Source: an uncultured archaeon
GTDB lineage: Archaea > Aenigmatarchaeota > Aenigmatarchaeia > GW2011-AR5
Length of the DNA: 58,275 nt
Assembly (NCBI GenBank): GCA_964373695.1
Contig: CAYJVT010000004.1
Span: 1-58,275, forward strand
Direction: 5' to 3'
Shown here: in pieces, positions 7,994-17,708 of the stretch
Numbering within the stretch: the first letter of the stretch is position 1
Layout of the letters: each line of letters starts with the position of its first letter
The notes under the pieces: model-generated
What the model was told of the DNA's origin: nothing
The model's database searches: none
What the model saw: the letters and a program-made list of their open reading frames with translations, nothing else
Position numbers and translations under genes: made by a program

Positions 7994-8452
7994 TCACCGG
8001 CGAGCCTCGAAATCGCTTATTTTTCTGGCTCTTCTTCCATGACGCTCTTCGCCGGCGAATGGAGTCCCCAGCCACAATTCGACGGCTTTTATCGCGCTTT
8101 CTGCCTTGACGAAGCGGGCGCCTATGGACAGCACGTTCGCGTTATTGTGTTCCCGTGACAGGGAGACTATCTCATCCGGCCCGCCATAAAAGACTGCGGC
8201 CCTTATGCCCTTCACCTTGTTGGCGGCTATCGCTTCTCCCTGGCCGGAGCCGCCGAAAATTATGCCCCTGTTTCCAGGATGCAGTGCCACTTTTTCCGCC
8301 GCCGGGATTATAAAATCCGGATAATCGTCATCCTTGTCATAAGAATGAGGCCCTACGTCGATGAACTCGCGGCTTTTTTCCGCGAGATATCTTTTCACGG
8401 CCTCCTTCAGCTCATATCCGGCGTGGTCAGAAGCCATGTATATCATGTTCAT
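7994..8452 (-). CDS. rpiB: ribose-5-phosphate isomerase B
   Basis: SDHAGYELKE...GIIFGGSGQGEAIAANKVKGIRAA...REHNNANVLSIGARF matches the RpiB/LacAB family. Confidence 0.9.
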   Translation of the reverse strand: MNMIYMASDHAGYELKEAVKRYLAEKSREFIDVGPHSYDKDDDYPDFIIPAAEKVALHPGNRGIIFGGSGQGEAIAANKVKGIRAAVFYGGPDEIVSLSREHNNANVLSIGARFVKAESAIKAVELWLGTPFAGEERHGRRARKISDFEARR

Positions 8453-8482
8453 TCATCTCCTGTCAGTTTTTTTGACAACAAA

Positions 8483-8494
8483 AATCTTTATATA
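8483..8494 (+). promoter_or_regulatory. candidate BRE/TATA of giant gene 1 (AATCTTTATATA)
   Basis: AT-rich TATA-like box 43 nt upstream of the ATG at 8537. Nearly the same dodecamer precedes the other two giant genes. Confidence 0.4.
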
Positions 8495-8536
8495 CCGCTC
8501 CAATCCATAGTTTTCGTATTGAATTGGAGTGGTTTA

Positions 8537-11500
8537 ATGCGAAATATCGCAGTACTATTATCTATCCTGTTAATATTCTTTGCGTCCTCAATAACCTTTG
8601 CAGGTTATCAGGTCTACTCGGACGCCACGGTCGTGGCGGGCCAGCCGTTTTACGTGCGCGGCAATGTAAGCGGCACCAACCAGTACAATGTCAGCGTCAA
8701 CATAACAGGGAACAACGCAAACAATTCGTTTTCCGCAGGTGGCGGCTATTTCGAGGTTAATATTTCAGCCCCAGTGGTTGTCGGCGAATACAACGTCACC
8801 GTCCTGACAGGCAACGACACGTCCAACAACAAGACGATAAGGATATACGTCACGAACATCTCGTCTAATTTCTCCGCCATAACATTCACCAGAAACAAGC
8901 CGCCATTCTCGGCGGGATTGTCCTTCACGATAAACGTGACGATGAAGAACACCACAGGCAGCTTCCTGCACAACTACACTCCGCGGATGGAAATTTATTC
9001 TGCAAACGGCGTCAGGCAGACTTCATGGACGATAGCCAACATGTCAAACACCACAGACCACCGCGGCTGGGTCGAATACAACATAACCATACCTTCCGCA
9101 GTGGACGGCGATTTCGTAATCTCGGCCGACAAGGGCAACCTGCTGTCCTTCATAATCATAAAATCCAACTACGTGATGTCCGCAAGCGCCCAAACAAGCT
9201 CCAATGAGACGAAATTCGATTTCACACCGTCAAGCTCGTTCAACATAGTCGCAAAGATGAGGGACACGAGCGGCAACGCGATAGGGAACGCAATAAACAC
9301 CACGGCAAAAGTCATAAAACCTGACGGCACAGTCGAAACTGTGACGCTCGCAAATGACACTTCCCTTTTCGGCCAGTACAAAGGCAGCTACACTCTTGGA
9401 AGCACGACAGGGCAGTATACCATAAAGGCTTCTGGAATCATCGGAACAACGACAGTGGAGTCTTCCACTACCGTGAATGTGCAGCAGATAAAGGCAATAT
9501 TTGACACGCAGAAGGAATTTTTCAGGGAATGGGGTGATTCGTCGGCTTTCGTTCCTGGAGGCACAGTCGGGCTCATAGTCCTGGCGACAAACCTCAGCGA
9601 TTCGTCAATATTCGCGGGATCGACAAGGGCGTCGCCTTCCGGAGGAACTGTCAACTGCACCAGGCTGGGCGACACGCTGCAGGTATCTTACCTGAACGGC
9701 ACCAACTATGTCATAAGCGGCACCATCACCAATGATTCCTCAGGCACTTATTTTGGCCAGAGCGTATGCAGGGTACAGTTCGCAGGTCCTACGGAGACCG
9801 GCAATTATAAAATAACGGCAAACGCTTCGGTCGGCACAGGCAGCCCGTCGGCGATCGCCACAGGGTACTTTGCTGTCCAGAGGTTTGTGCTGAAGCCCAC
9901 GGCAGTGTCCTCGCTCGGCGGCTCATTCGACTTCATGACCATGCTGCATCCCGGCGAGAACGCCACTTTTGACATCGGCGCTTACGACCTTGCAAACAAC
10001 AGTGAAGTGGCGGGCCTCAACATAACAAACATCACTGTCACGAAGATAATACCTCTCGAGTTCAACGCAGGCGCAAACGACATACTGTCTGGCAGCGCCC
10101 AGCGTTCCGATGTATTCAATTTGACTAATATTACTGCAGGCTCGAACCTCAAGAACCCTGCGGTAACGGTCGGCCTGCCGGTCAACAAGACCGGGCCTTA
10201 CCTGATTGAGATGCAGGCGGTAATAGACACCGCTGAAGGGGACCAGATTATCACCGGAAGAGGATTCTACATATCCAAGTACATCATGGGCTTCCTTTCA
10301 TCCTCCGGCAGGACTGATGCCGCGTTCGGCGGGCCGTCCGGAGGCTTCGGCGGATTCTCTTCATGCAGCGAAGGCACAGAGAAATTCTCCGGCAACGTGA
10401 GGGAGTTGAAAACCAATAGCGCGCCCAAGGATCCGGTTTCATTCAACAACATACTCCAGGCAAGGGAGGAATTATCAGGAAGAGACATCTCGTCGTGCCT
10501 GACCATGTCGACAAATTCCTCCGACAGCAGCGGACAGGTGACAGTTCCTGTAACGTTCAACAGGACAAAGGCCGGCTGCACAAGCCTCTCTGGATTCCAT
10601 TTCATGCTCATCAACGTGACCTACAAGGGAAGGGAGGACCAGATACCTGCAGGCTTCATGTGCAGGCAGTTCCAGTTCTTCCCGCAGGGCAAGGATTCGA
10701 ACAATGCCTCCGTATGGAGGGTTGATTCCAAAGGCTCGGTCAACTTCACTTTGGACAACACGAATCCGGTGAGAAGGCTGAATGACAGCGGCACCATGCA
10801 GAATGGAACAGTCACCATTATCCGCGCCTTCAACTTCAATCCTGGCATCGGGATGCAAGTTCTCACTCTGAACAGCAGTGCCAACCTGACGAGAAATCTG
10901 TCAAATAGTGTCTTCAGCCTTGTCGTGACGCCAAGCACGTTCTCGCGCGCAACATACCCGAACGGCTTCATATCTATAACCTGGAAATTCACGCCTAACG
11001 GGAGCGAGAGCACCGGCAGCGATACGACTGAGACGGGCTTCCAGGTATCCGCATTTGATGCATACGTCGTGAACACGGAAAGGCCGACAACAGGAGGCGC
11101 CTGTGGCGCTGGCGTCACGTGCATGACAAACGGCAGTGCCGGAGGCTTCGGCGGCTTCGGCTCCACGTTCAGTGCCGGAGAAGACATAATTATATGGCTC
11201 CGTGCCTCGACAAACGTCAGCAAGACGAACAACACCAACGGCGGCACGAACCTCACGGGAGGAACCCTTGTGGGCGTGCAGAGCACCAGCGGCTTCACTG
11301 CAAAGGTGGGGCTTCCTTGGGAAGGCAAGCTCAAGCCTGTCACCATAAACAACGCATCGCTCGTCACGGATGACTGGAACGGCTCTTATGACAATCAATA
11401 CCCAAGATGGGGCGCAGAGCTGTGGAGGCTCAATGTCACCATACCAACGACACTCAAGAAAGGCTTCCAGGCGCTCCAGATAGAGGTCAACAGCTCCGCA

Positions 11501-13438
11501 AACGGCAATTCAAGCGAGAAGGTGACGACAGACGTATGGTTCAGCATCGTCAAGTACAGCGTTGTCATCGGGCAGGAGGAAGGCATGCTGTTCGAGAGCC
11601 ACTTCAAGAGATGGGGTAATTATTCCACTGGCATATCAGGTACGGGAGGAAGCACAATACCAGGTGAACCCATTGACAACACAACAATATTCAACGCAGG
11701 CTGGAATCTCACTTACATAAACACCACCTACAATCTTAGGTCCAAGTCAGATGCGGTATGCTTCAGGAATGAGCTCAATGTGACGAGATGGTCGCAGAGT
11801 TCCGCAGAAATATCATACAACAGGAGCCTTGGCATGAGAATACTGATACTGGATAACGGCACTGCAGGCGTCTACGACACCGTAATTATCAATGCAACCT
11901 ATCCGGGTGTGGATAACAACCGTACATATGTAAATAACATTACTATCCTGAGAACGGACGGGCTCAGGAATATTACAGGCAGCAATGGCGTCACATACAA
12001 CGTAAGCAGAAACATTACGTCAGACCTTTACCTGTGGCAGATACTTGACTGCAGCTACGTGAAATGGGTGAATGGTTCATACGTTCCGACCAACGTCGGC
12101 TCATGGGCAGGGCAATACCAGAAAGGCGTGAATTTCACCCTGCCTTACATAATCAAGAGGAGCAGTTCGGCCGGGCCTGCAATTTCCGGCGCGACTGTCA
12201 GCGTCAATGCGGTCATAAGGCAGAATGATGCTTCCAGTACAGGCGGCGCTTCAACAGGAGGATACGGCTTCTCGAAGAAACTTGTAGCACCTGAATACCA
12301 GTCAGATATGGCTGTTACAGGCTCCGGCGGTCTGGCATTCGTGCCTGTGAACATCTCAGGCTCAACAGGCAGCTTCATGATATTCTGGAGAGTGAATGAG
12401 ACAAACGGTCAGGAGGACATAGCATCGTTCCAGAGCGAGGGATTCGGCGGCTATGGTGGTGGTGGAGGAGGAGGCGACATAGGCACGCAAGTCCAGATAA
12501 GAGCATTCGACACGTATGCCAGCAGACTTCCAAGAGTCAATTCCAGCCATGCGGCAATCCCGATAAAGCTTAGGAACCTGACAGCGCCTTTGGACGCTGC
12601 CTTATCTATATATGGGATAACTGCTGGCGGCGCAGGCGACAGCGTATACAACGTTACATGGAACGAGGGATTAGGCGGCCAGCTCACGGAGAACAGCGCC
12701 CTAGACAACTTCACGATACTGTTCAACTTTTCGCTTGCTCAGTACGGCCAGAATGCCACGATAATGGGCAAGAACACCGCCAACCTGGCAGGCGCGTCTG
12801 TCGACACGTCGACATTCACATATACGATAGACGGCAAATCACTTTCGGTGGGCGCTGTCCGCAACACGGATGGGCAGAACCTGACAATAGCATTTTACGA
12901 GGACTCCAGCAGCCAAGTATATTACCCGATAATAAACCTGACGCAGAACATTTCAGTGAGGGTGTGCGCCCAGACTTATACGAAGCCGTCGAAGCCCATA
13001 CTGAATGCCAACGTATACATTTATGCGGAATCATGGGGCACTTCAGGATTCAGCATGACGCCAACCACAACCCCGATGCAATGGCACGACCCGATAAACA
13101 ACACACCTTACCTGTTCGGCCCGATATCAGGCATTTCAATGCCTGTAGCGAATGCCACTGTAGGGCCGAAGGGATGCGTGGCTATCAACGTAAGGAACCC
13201 ACTGAACTGGACATCATACACTTCATACAGCATCAAGGCCAAGGTAAAGCGAACAAGCGCGGCTGACAATGAAACCGATGTTGAGGATACGTATGTTGAT
13301 TACGTATGGAGGTCGCCGCAGTGCTCCAATGGCATTGATGACGACGGAGACGGCAACAGGGATTACCTCAGCTGGGGCGGAGGCGTGTCGGCTGATACCC
13401 AGTGCAGCAGCTATTCGGACGATGACGAAGCTGCATAA
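8537..13438 (+). CDS. giant secreted, heavily N-glycosylation-sequon-rich surface protein 1 (no membrane anchor)
   Basis: The ORF is open from 8279, but the ATG at 8537 gives the signal peptide MRNIAVLLSILLIFFASSITFAG. I counted 16 N-x-S/T sequons in the first ~165 mature residues. There are four Gly/Phe-rich loops. The C-terminus is QCSNGIDDDGDGNRDY...CSSYSDDDEAA, with no TM segment. Confidence 0.85.
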   Translation: MRNIAVLLSILLIFFASSITFAGYQVYSDATVVAGQPFYVRGNVSGTNQYNVSVNITGNNANNSFSAGGGYFEVNISAPVVVGEYNVTVLTGNDTSNNKTIRIYVTNISSNFSAITFTRNKPPFSAGLSFTINVTMKNTTGSFLHNYTPRMEIYSANGVRQTSWTIANMSNTTDHRGWVEYNITIPSAVDGDFVISADKGNLLSFIIIKSNYVMSASAQTSSNETKFDFTPSSSFNIVAKMRDTSGNAIGNAINTTAKVIKPDGTVETVTLANDTSLFGQYKGSYTLGSTTGQYTIKASGIIGTTTVESSTTVNVQQIKAIFDTQKEFFREWGDSSAFVPGGTVGLIVLATNLSDSSIFAGSTRASPSGGTVNCTRLGDTLQVSYLNGTNYVISGTITNDSSGTYFGQSVCRVQFAGPTETGNYKITANASVGTGSPSAIATGYFAVQRFVLKPTAVSSLGGSFDFMTMLHPGENATFDIGAYDLANNSEVAGLNITNITVTKIIPLEFNAGANDILSGSAQRSDVFNLTNITAGSNLKNPAVTVGLPVNKTGPYLIEMQAVIDTAEGDQIITGRGFYISKYIMGFLSSSGRTDAAFGGPSGGFGGFSSCSEGTEKFSGNVRELKTNSAPKDPVSFNNILQAREELSGRDISSCLTMSTNSSDSSGQVTVPVTFNRTKAGCTSLSGFHFMLINVTYKGREDQIPAGFMCRQFQFFPQGKDSNNASVWRVDSKGSVNFTLDNTNPVRRLNDSGTMQNGTVTIIRAFNFNPGIGMQVLTLNSSANLTRNLSNSVFSLVVTPSTFSRATYPNGFISITWKFTPNGSESTGSDTTETGFQVSAFDAYVVNTERPTTGGACGAGVTCMTNGSAGGFGGFGSTFSAGEDIIIWLRASTNVSKTNNTNGGTNLTGGTLVGVQSTSGFTAKVGLPWEGKLKPVTINNASLVTDDWNGSYDNQYPRWGAELWRLNVTIPTTLKKGFQALQIEVNSSANGNSSEKVTTDVWFSIVKYSVVIGQEEGMLFESHFKRWGNYSTGISGTGGSTIPGEPIDNTTIFNAGWNLTYINTTYNLRSKSDAVCFRNELNVTRWSQSSAEISYNRSLGMRILILDNGTAGVYDTVIINATYPGVDNNRTYVNNITILRTDGLRNITGSNGVTYNVSRNITSDLYLWQILDCSYVKWVNGSYVPTNVGSWAGQYQKGVNFTLPYIIKRSSSAGPAISGATVSVNAVIRQNDASSTGGASTGGYGFSKKLVAPEYQSDMAVTGSGGLAFVPVNISGSTGSFMIFWRVNETNGQEDIASFQSEGFGGYGGGGGGGDIGTQVQIRAFDTYASRLPRVNSSHAAIPIKLRNLTAPLDAALSIYGITAGGAGDSVYNVTWNEGLGGQLTENSALDNFTILFNFSLAQYGQNATIMGKNTANLAGASVDTSTFTYTIDGKSLSVGAVRNTDGQNLTIAFYEDSSSQVYYPIINLTQNISVRVCAQTYTKPSKPILNANVYIYAESWGTSGFSMTPTTTPMQWHDPINNTPYLFGPISGISMPVANATVGPKGCVAINVRNPLNWTSYTSYSIKAKVKRTSAADNETDVEDTYVDYVWRSPQCSNGIDDDGDGNRDYLSWGGGVSADTQCSSYSDDDEAA

Positions 13439-13471
13439 AGCGCTTGCGGCGGAAACTGAAATAAAAGATAA

Positions 13472-15025
13472 ATGAACAAGGAAACGGAGAAGAACAGAAT
13501 GAACAAAAACATAATCTTAATGGCACTGGCAGTTGTTTTGCTGTCGTCAATAAGCATGGCGCAGAGCAATTCGGTGTCAAGCGTAACCACCACAAGTTCT
13601 GCCGTATCGGCAACCACCGGAACGAATGTCGTCATAACGGCAACTGCTACGGCGTCAGGCGGCGACGTGTCAAACACGCAGCTCCAGCTCATAAAAGTGA
13701 GCGGCAACGGCTCCGGAAGCTGCACCGGAAGCAGTGATTTCTCCGTTTCAGATCCAGGCTCTCCCTATACCTACACAACAACGGTAAGCACGAGCGGCAC
13801 CACGAAAAGCTTCACATTTACCGTGGGCAACTGCGGCACTTACACTTATCATGTGACGGCGACTTGGTCAGGAGGCTCCAAATCATCCTCCGATGCGACA
13901 ATAGAGTTCATAAACCCAACCTCAATGACTGTTACTGCAACACCAACGACAAGACAGGTCAATTTGTCCCAGACATTCTCGGCCAGCATGGATATCCAGA
14001 ATTCACAGGACAGCGATGTCACCACGTCTTACACCCTGAACCTTCCTACAGAAATAACAAGAAGCTCCGGAGATGATGCCAGCAGCACATCGTTCACTAT
14101 CACTGCAGGCACCACGCAGACGCTTACCTGGACGCTCCAACACAGCACATGCTTCACAGGCGACAAAAGCGTGACACTTGACCTTGGCAGCCAGACAAGC
14201 GCCGCAACCTTGACTGTGACGGGCAATTCATCATGCGCTACAACAAGTAGCACCTCTTCGTCATCAAGCAGTTCAGGCGGCGGAGGCGGAAGCTCTACAA
14301 GCTCTCAGGTGAAGGCAATAGTTGCCAAGCAGGCGGCTCCGAACACGATAAAGGCGACGTTTTCGGCAATAGCGAAGGACAAGGAAGCAGTCGTTGAGGT
14401 TCCAAGTGATGTCGATACAGGGCTGACAAAAATACTTTTCACGGCAGCGAAGGCGCTTACAAGCGCCCAGATAACAGTCGCGAAGCTTGATTCCGCGCCG
14501 GCATCAATAAGTGCTCCCGTGTCTGCGGAGCCGGCGGTGAAAGTCTACAAATACATAGAAATATCCCATAACATCGCCGAGCCTGAAATAGCGACAGCAA
14601 CCATACAGTTCGACATTGACAAGTCATGGCTTGATGCCAATAATATTGATCCAGCGAAGGTCGTGCTTAACAGGTACAGCTCCGACAAATGGGCGAAGCT
14701 GATAACGAGCAAGACGGCAGAAACATCGGACAAGGTATCATACAGCGCCGCGACGCCCGGCTTCTCGGTGTTCGCTATAAGCGGCGAGGTGAAGACTGAG
14801 GCTGTCCCTGAATCCGCTGCTGTTCCAGGTGCCGGTGCTGGAGAAGAAGCGGGCCAGGAGGAAAGCGCCGCAGGAACAGCGCCTCCTTCGGGCCAAGTTG
14901 ACAGCGGCGTGCTCACAGGCGTTGCAGCAGTGCTTGTCGCAATAATAGTGATAGTATTCGTCTTCATGAAAAAAGCCCATAAGCCGCAGTCAAGAGGATA
15001 CTCTTACGGTTTAAGAAAGAAATAA
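13472..15025 (+). CDS. type-I membrane protein with PGF-pre-PGF-like domain (anchor paralog 1)
   Basis: - Signal peptide.
- Two Cys-pair Ig/CARDB-like regions.
- Ser/Gly linker.
- KVYKYIEISHNI...FDIDKSWLDANNIDPAKVVLNRYSSDKWAKL...ATPGFSVFAISG, the PGF-pre-PGF pattern.
- Acidic linker, TM helix and basic tail.
The start could instead be 13499. Confidence 0.8.
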   Translation: MNKETEKNRMNKNIILMALAVVLLSSISMAQSNSVSSVTTTSSAVSATTGTNVVITATATASGGDVSNTQLQLIKVSGNGSGSCTGSSDFSVSDPGSPYTYTTTVSTSGTTKSFTFTVGNCGTYTYHVTATWSGGSKSSSDATIEFINPTSMTVTATPTTRQVNLSQTFSASMDIQNSQDSDVTTSYTLNLPTEITRSSGDDASSTSFTITAGTTQTLTWTLQHSTCFTGDKSVTLDLGSQTSAATLTVTGNSSCATTSSTSSSSSSSGGGGGSSTSSQVKAIVAKQAAPNTIKATFSAIAKDKEAVVEVPSDVDTGLTKILFTAAKALTSAQITVAKLDSAPASISAPVSAEPAVKVYKYIEISHNIAEPEIATATIQFDIDKSWLDANNIDPAKVVLNRYSSDKWAKLITSKTAETSDKVSYSAATPGFSVFAISGEVKTEAVPESAAVPGAGAGEEAGQEESAAGTAPPSGQVDSGVLTGVAAVLVAIIVIVFVFMKKAHKPQSRGYSYGLRKK

Positions 15026-15078
15026 GTTAGTGTATTATGATATAAAAAGCTTTCTGCTATCCTCTAAAAGGTGTGAAT

Positions 15079-15318
15079 ATGGAGAATGAAATACAGCTCA
15101 TAAAGAACTTTGAAATGGACAGTATGTGGTTGAAGACTCATATAGATTCCATACGAAGCAAATTTAAGAACTCGTTTGTGGCAGTAAAAGACAAGAAAGT
15201 AATACTTTCAGGCAAAGATTTAGACGCATTAATAGAAGAACTCAAAAAAAATGGAGTAGAGACGGATTCTGTAGTTATTGAGTATGTACCAGAGAAAGAT
15301 ATACGAATAATTTACTAA
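15079..15318 (+). CDS. small DUF5678-like protein (partner of retropepsin-like protease)
   Basis: The 79-aa ORF ...KFKNSFVAVKDKKVILSGKDLDALIEELKKNG... resembles small archaeal proteins usually found next to retropepsin-like proteases. The context is AT-rich. Confidence 0.5.
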   Translation: MENEIQLIKNFEMDSMWLKTHIDSIRSKFKNSFVAVKDKKVILSGKDLDALIEELKKNGVETDSVVIEYVPEKDIRIIY

Positions 15319-15377
15319 AATTATATGTAAGATTTATCAAATCAATTTTATACATGCTTAAATAGTAGTTACAATGA

Positions 15378-15845
15378 ATGCTCTTTATGAAAGTCCCGTT
15401 GAAGTGGGTAAAGGATGGCATATACTTACATGCCAGAATTATGGCAACTCATGTTACAGGACAGCTTAGATTTCTCATTGATACTGGAAGTGAAGTAAGT
15501 TTTGTAGGAGGAATAGACGCCAGAAGACTTGGAATAAAATTAAATAAGACTTCTAATCCAGAAGATTGTGTTTATTTGGGAAGAACACGATTTAGACTTA
15601 TTGATATGAGAAATGTAAGACTATCTTTTATTGGAGAAGAAAATGGTCAGGAAAAGATAAAGGCTATCAACGTTCCAGAACTAAAGGTAACACCAGATGT
15701 TCTTCAGGATAAGGGAATAAAAGATTCTCCAAATATACTAGGTTTAGATTTTCTTGTATTAAACAAACTCAGAATAGTTGTTGATGGTTCTAATAATACG
15801 GCTTGGTTTGAAACACCTCTATTTAGTAAAACCCCTGAAAGATGA
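15378..15845 (+). CDS. retropepsin-like (clan AA) aspartic protease
   Basis: LRFLIDTGSEVSFV contains the D-T-G-S catalytic motif in a protein of about 150 aa. ILGLDFL lies near the C-terminus, as in the retropepsin fold. Confidence 0.65.
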   Translation: MLFMKVPLKWVKDGIYLHARIMATHVTGQLRFLIDTGSEVSFVGGIDARRLGIKLNKTSNPEDCVYLGRTRFRLIDMRNVRLSFIGEENGQEKIKAINVPELKVTPDVLQDKGIKDSPNILGLDFLVLNKLRIVVDGSNNTAWFETPLFSKTPER

Positions 15846-16041
15846 CTAGATGAATTATTTCATATTTTTCTCTAAATATTTATAGTATTTTCAAGAAATC
15901 TAAAACCTAACGCATATAAAAAACATATATATACTGTCCCGACCCATAGTCCTTCTATTGGGTGGTCAGATGTCAAAGAGAAAATGGATAAAAATAAGGA
16001 TGGGCTAGAAAGGCCGGATATTTTTATTCTCCCATTATATG

Positions 16042-16081
16042 CAGAGAGTATGACTAAAAGTCATGATATTCATACTCTCTG
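16042..16081. other. perfect 12-bp inverted repeat with 16-nt loop upstream of cysS
   Basis: cagagagtatga(16042-16053) and tcatactctctg(16070-16081). It lies 66 nt upstream of the cysS ATG. Confidence 0.6.
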
Positions 16082-16146
16082 ATACCAAAGCATTCAACAC
16101 ATGTTGCCTATAAACATATTAAAAATACTTATGACAATAGTTATCG

Positions 16147-17523
16147 ATGAGACTTTTCAACACCCTCACAAGACAGAAGGACGAGCTTGCGCCGCATGGC
16201 GACGTGAGAATGTATTTCTGCGGCCCCACGGTATACGATTTTGCCCACATAGGAAATTTCAGGTCCTATCTGGTTGCGGAGCTCACAAGGCGGTATCTTG
16301 AATACAAGGGATACGGCGTCAGGCTTGTCATGAACATAACCGATGTTGACGACAAGACGATAAAAGGTTCAAGGAAGGAAGGAATGCCCCTGAAGGAATT
16401 CACGAAAAAGTACGAGGACTATTTCTTTGAGGACCTCGACTCGCTCCGCATAAAGCTCGCATCAGCCTATCCAAGGGCGACGGAGCATATAGACGACATG
16501 GTCGGCCTGATAAGGAATCTCCTGGGGAAGGGAATCGCGTACAGAGGGGAGGACGGCTCCATATATTTTGACATAACGAAGTTCAAGGATTACGGGAATC
16601 TCTCCAGAGTCGACCTGTCGGGCCTGAAGGCCGGCGCCCGTGTCAACCAGGACAATTACGAAAAGGACGACGCGAAGGATTTCGCGCTGTGGAAGGCGTG
16701 GAGCGAGGAAGACGGCGACGTCTACTGGGACACCGAATTGGGCAGAGGAAGGCCTGGCTGGCACATAGAGTGCAGCGCCATGTCCATGAAGCACCTTGAC
16801 GGCATAGACATCCACGGAGGCGGCATAGACCTCATGTTTCCCCACCATGAGAACGAGATAGCGCAAAGCGAGGCTTCCACAGGCAAGAAATTCGCCGACA
16901 TATGGCTCCACTGCGAGCACCTGCTTGTCGACGGAAGGAAGATGTCGAAGAGCCTCGGGAACTTCTACACCATCAGAGATGTCGCGGAGAAAGGATTCAA
17001 TCCGCTGGCATTCCGATACCTTTGCATGTCGACCAACTACAGAAGCCAAATCAATTTTACATTCCAGTCGCTTGAGGACGCGTGGAACACCGTCCAGAGC
17101 ATAAACAACTTCATCTTCCGCCTTAGGAGCGAGAACGACGACAAGGAGAACATGACGATAATGGATGCCGTGGAGAAGGCCAGAAATGGGTTCGAGGCTC
17201 ATATGGATGACGACCTTGACGTCCAGCACGCCCTGGCAGATGTTTTCGAGCTCATGCGCATCGTCAACAAGGAGATAGACGAGGGCAGAGCAGGCTCGCT
17301 TGAAGAAGCTCTTGAGTTCATCCTCTCGGTAAACGACATATTCGACATCCTGACGGAAACGGAAACAAATCTCACCGAAGAGGAGAAAACGATGATAGAG
17401 GAACGCGAGAAGGCGCGAAAGCAGAAGGATTTCAGGAAGGCCGACAAGATAAGGAAAGAACTTGCCGAGAAAGGAATTAGCATAGAGGACTCGCCTCACG
17501 GCCCGAGGTGGAAGAGGATTTAA
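16147..17523 (+). CDS. cysS: cysteinyl-tRNA synthetase
   Basis: Class-I motifs HIGN (FAHIGNFRSY) and KMSKS, and CGPTVYD at the N-terminus. Confidence 0.95.
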   Translation: MRLFNTLTRQKDELAPHGDVRMYFCGPTVYDFAHIGNFRSYLVAELTRRYLEYKGYGVRLVMNITDVDDKTIKGSRKEGMPLKEFTKKYEDYFFEDLDSLRIKLASAYPRATEHIDDMVGLIRNLLGKGIAYRGEDGSIYFDITKFKDYGNLSRVDLSGLKAGARVNQDNYEKDDAKDFALWKAWSEEDGDVYWDTELGRGRPGWHIECSAMSMKHLDGIDIHGGGIDLMFPHHENEIAQSEASTGKKFADIWLHCEHLLVDGRKMSKSLGNFYTIRDVAEKGFNPLAFRYLCMSTNYRSQINFTFQSLEDAWNTVQSINNFIFRLRSENDDKENMTIMDAVEKARNGFEAHMDDDLDVQHALADVFELMRIVNKEIDEGRAGSLEEALEFILSVNDIFDILTETETNLTEEEKTMIEEREKARKQKDFRKADKIRKELAEKGISIEDSPHGPRWKRI

Positions 17524-17708
17524 TTCAATTCTCTTAAGGGCAAAATATAATTAAACCCATCTTTATCTTTTTCAACGACACATTTAACAGAGCAGAACTC
17601 AATATTCTGCCATAAATCATTATTCACTCCCCCCGAATAACAAAAAAATACCAGAATAATATTTATATACTTCCCCACAAAATTATAGTCATTGTTGCAT
17701 GGCGCCTG

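Noticed and set aside
8279-8536. N-terminal 86 codons of the 1719-aa track ORF
   Set aside because: This part overlaps the rpiB gene on the opposite strand and has no signal-peptide character. The ATG at 8537 gives a clean signal peptide and sits 43 nt after a TATA-like box.
10685-10705. ggattcgaac string resembling the reverse complement of a tRNA T-loop
   Set aside because: The flanking bases cannot form a T-stem or an acceptor stem, and the string lies inside the giant gene 1 reading frame.
16462-17499. 345-aa minus-strand ORF
   Set aside because: It lies entirely antisense to cysS, whose HIGN/KMSKS motifs make the plus-strand call unambiguous. It is a typical shadow ORF in moderately GC-rich coding DNA. 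The same reasoning applies to 50108..51043, 50736..51446, 29927..30895, 31273..32016, 10621..11367 and the other antisense or overlapping track ORFs.
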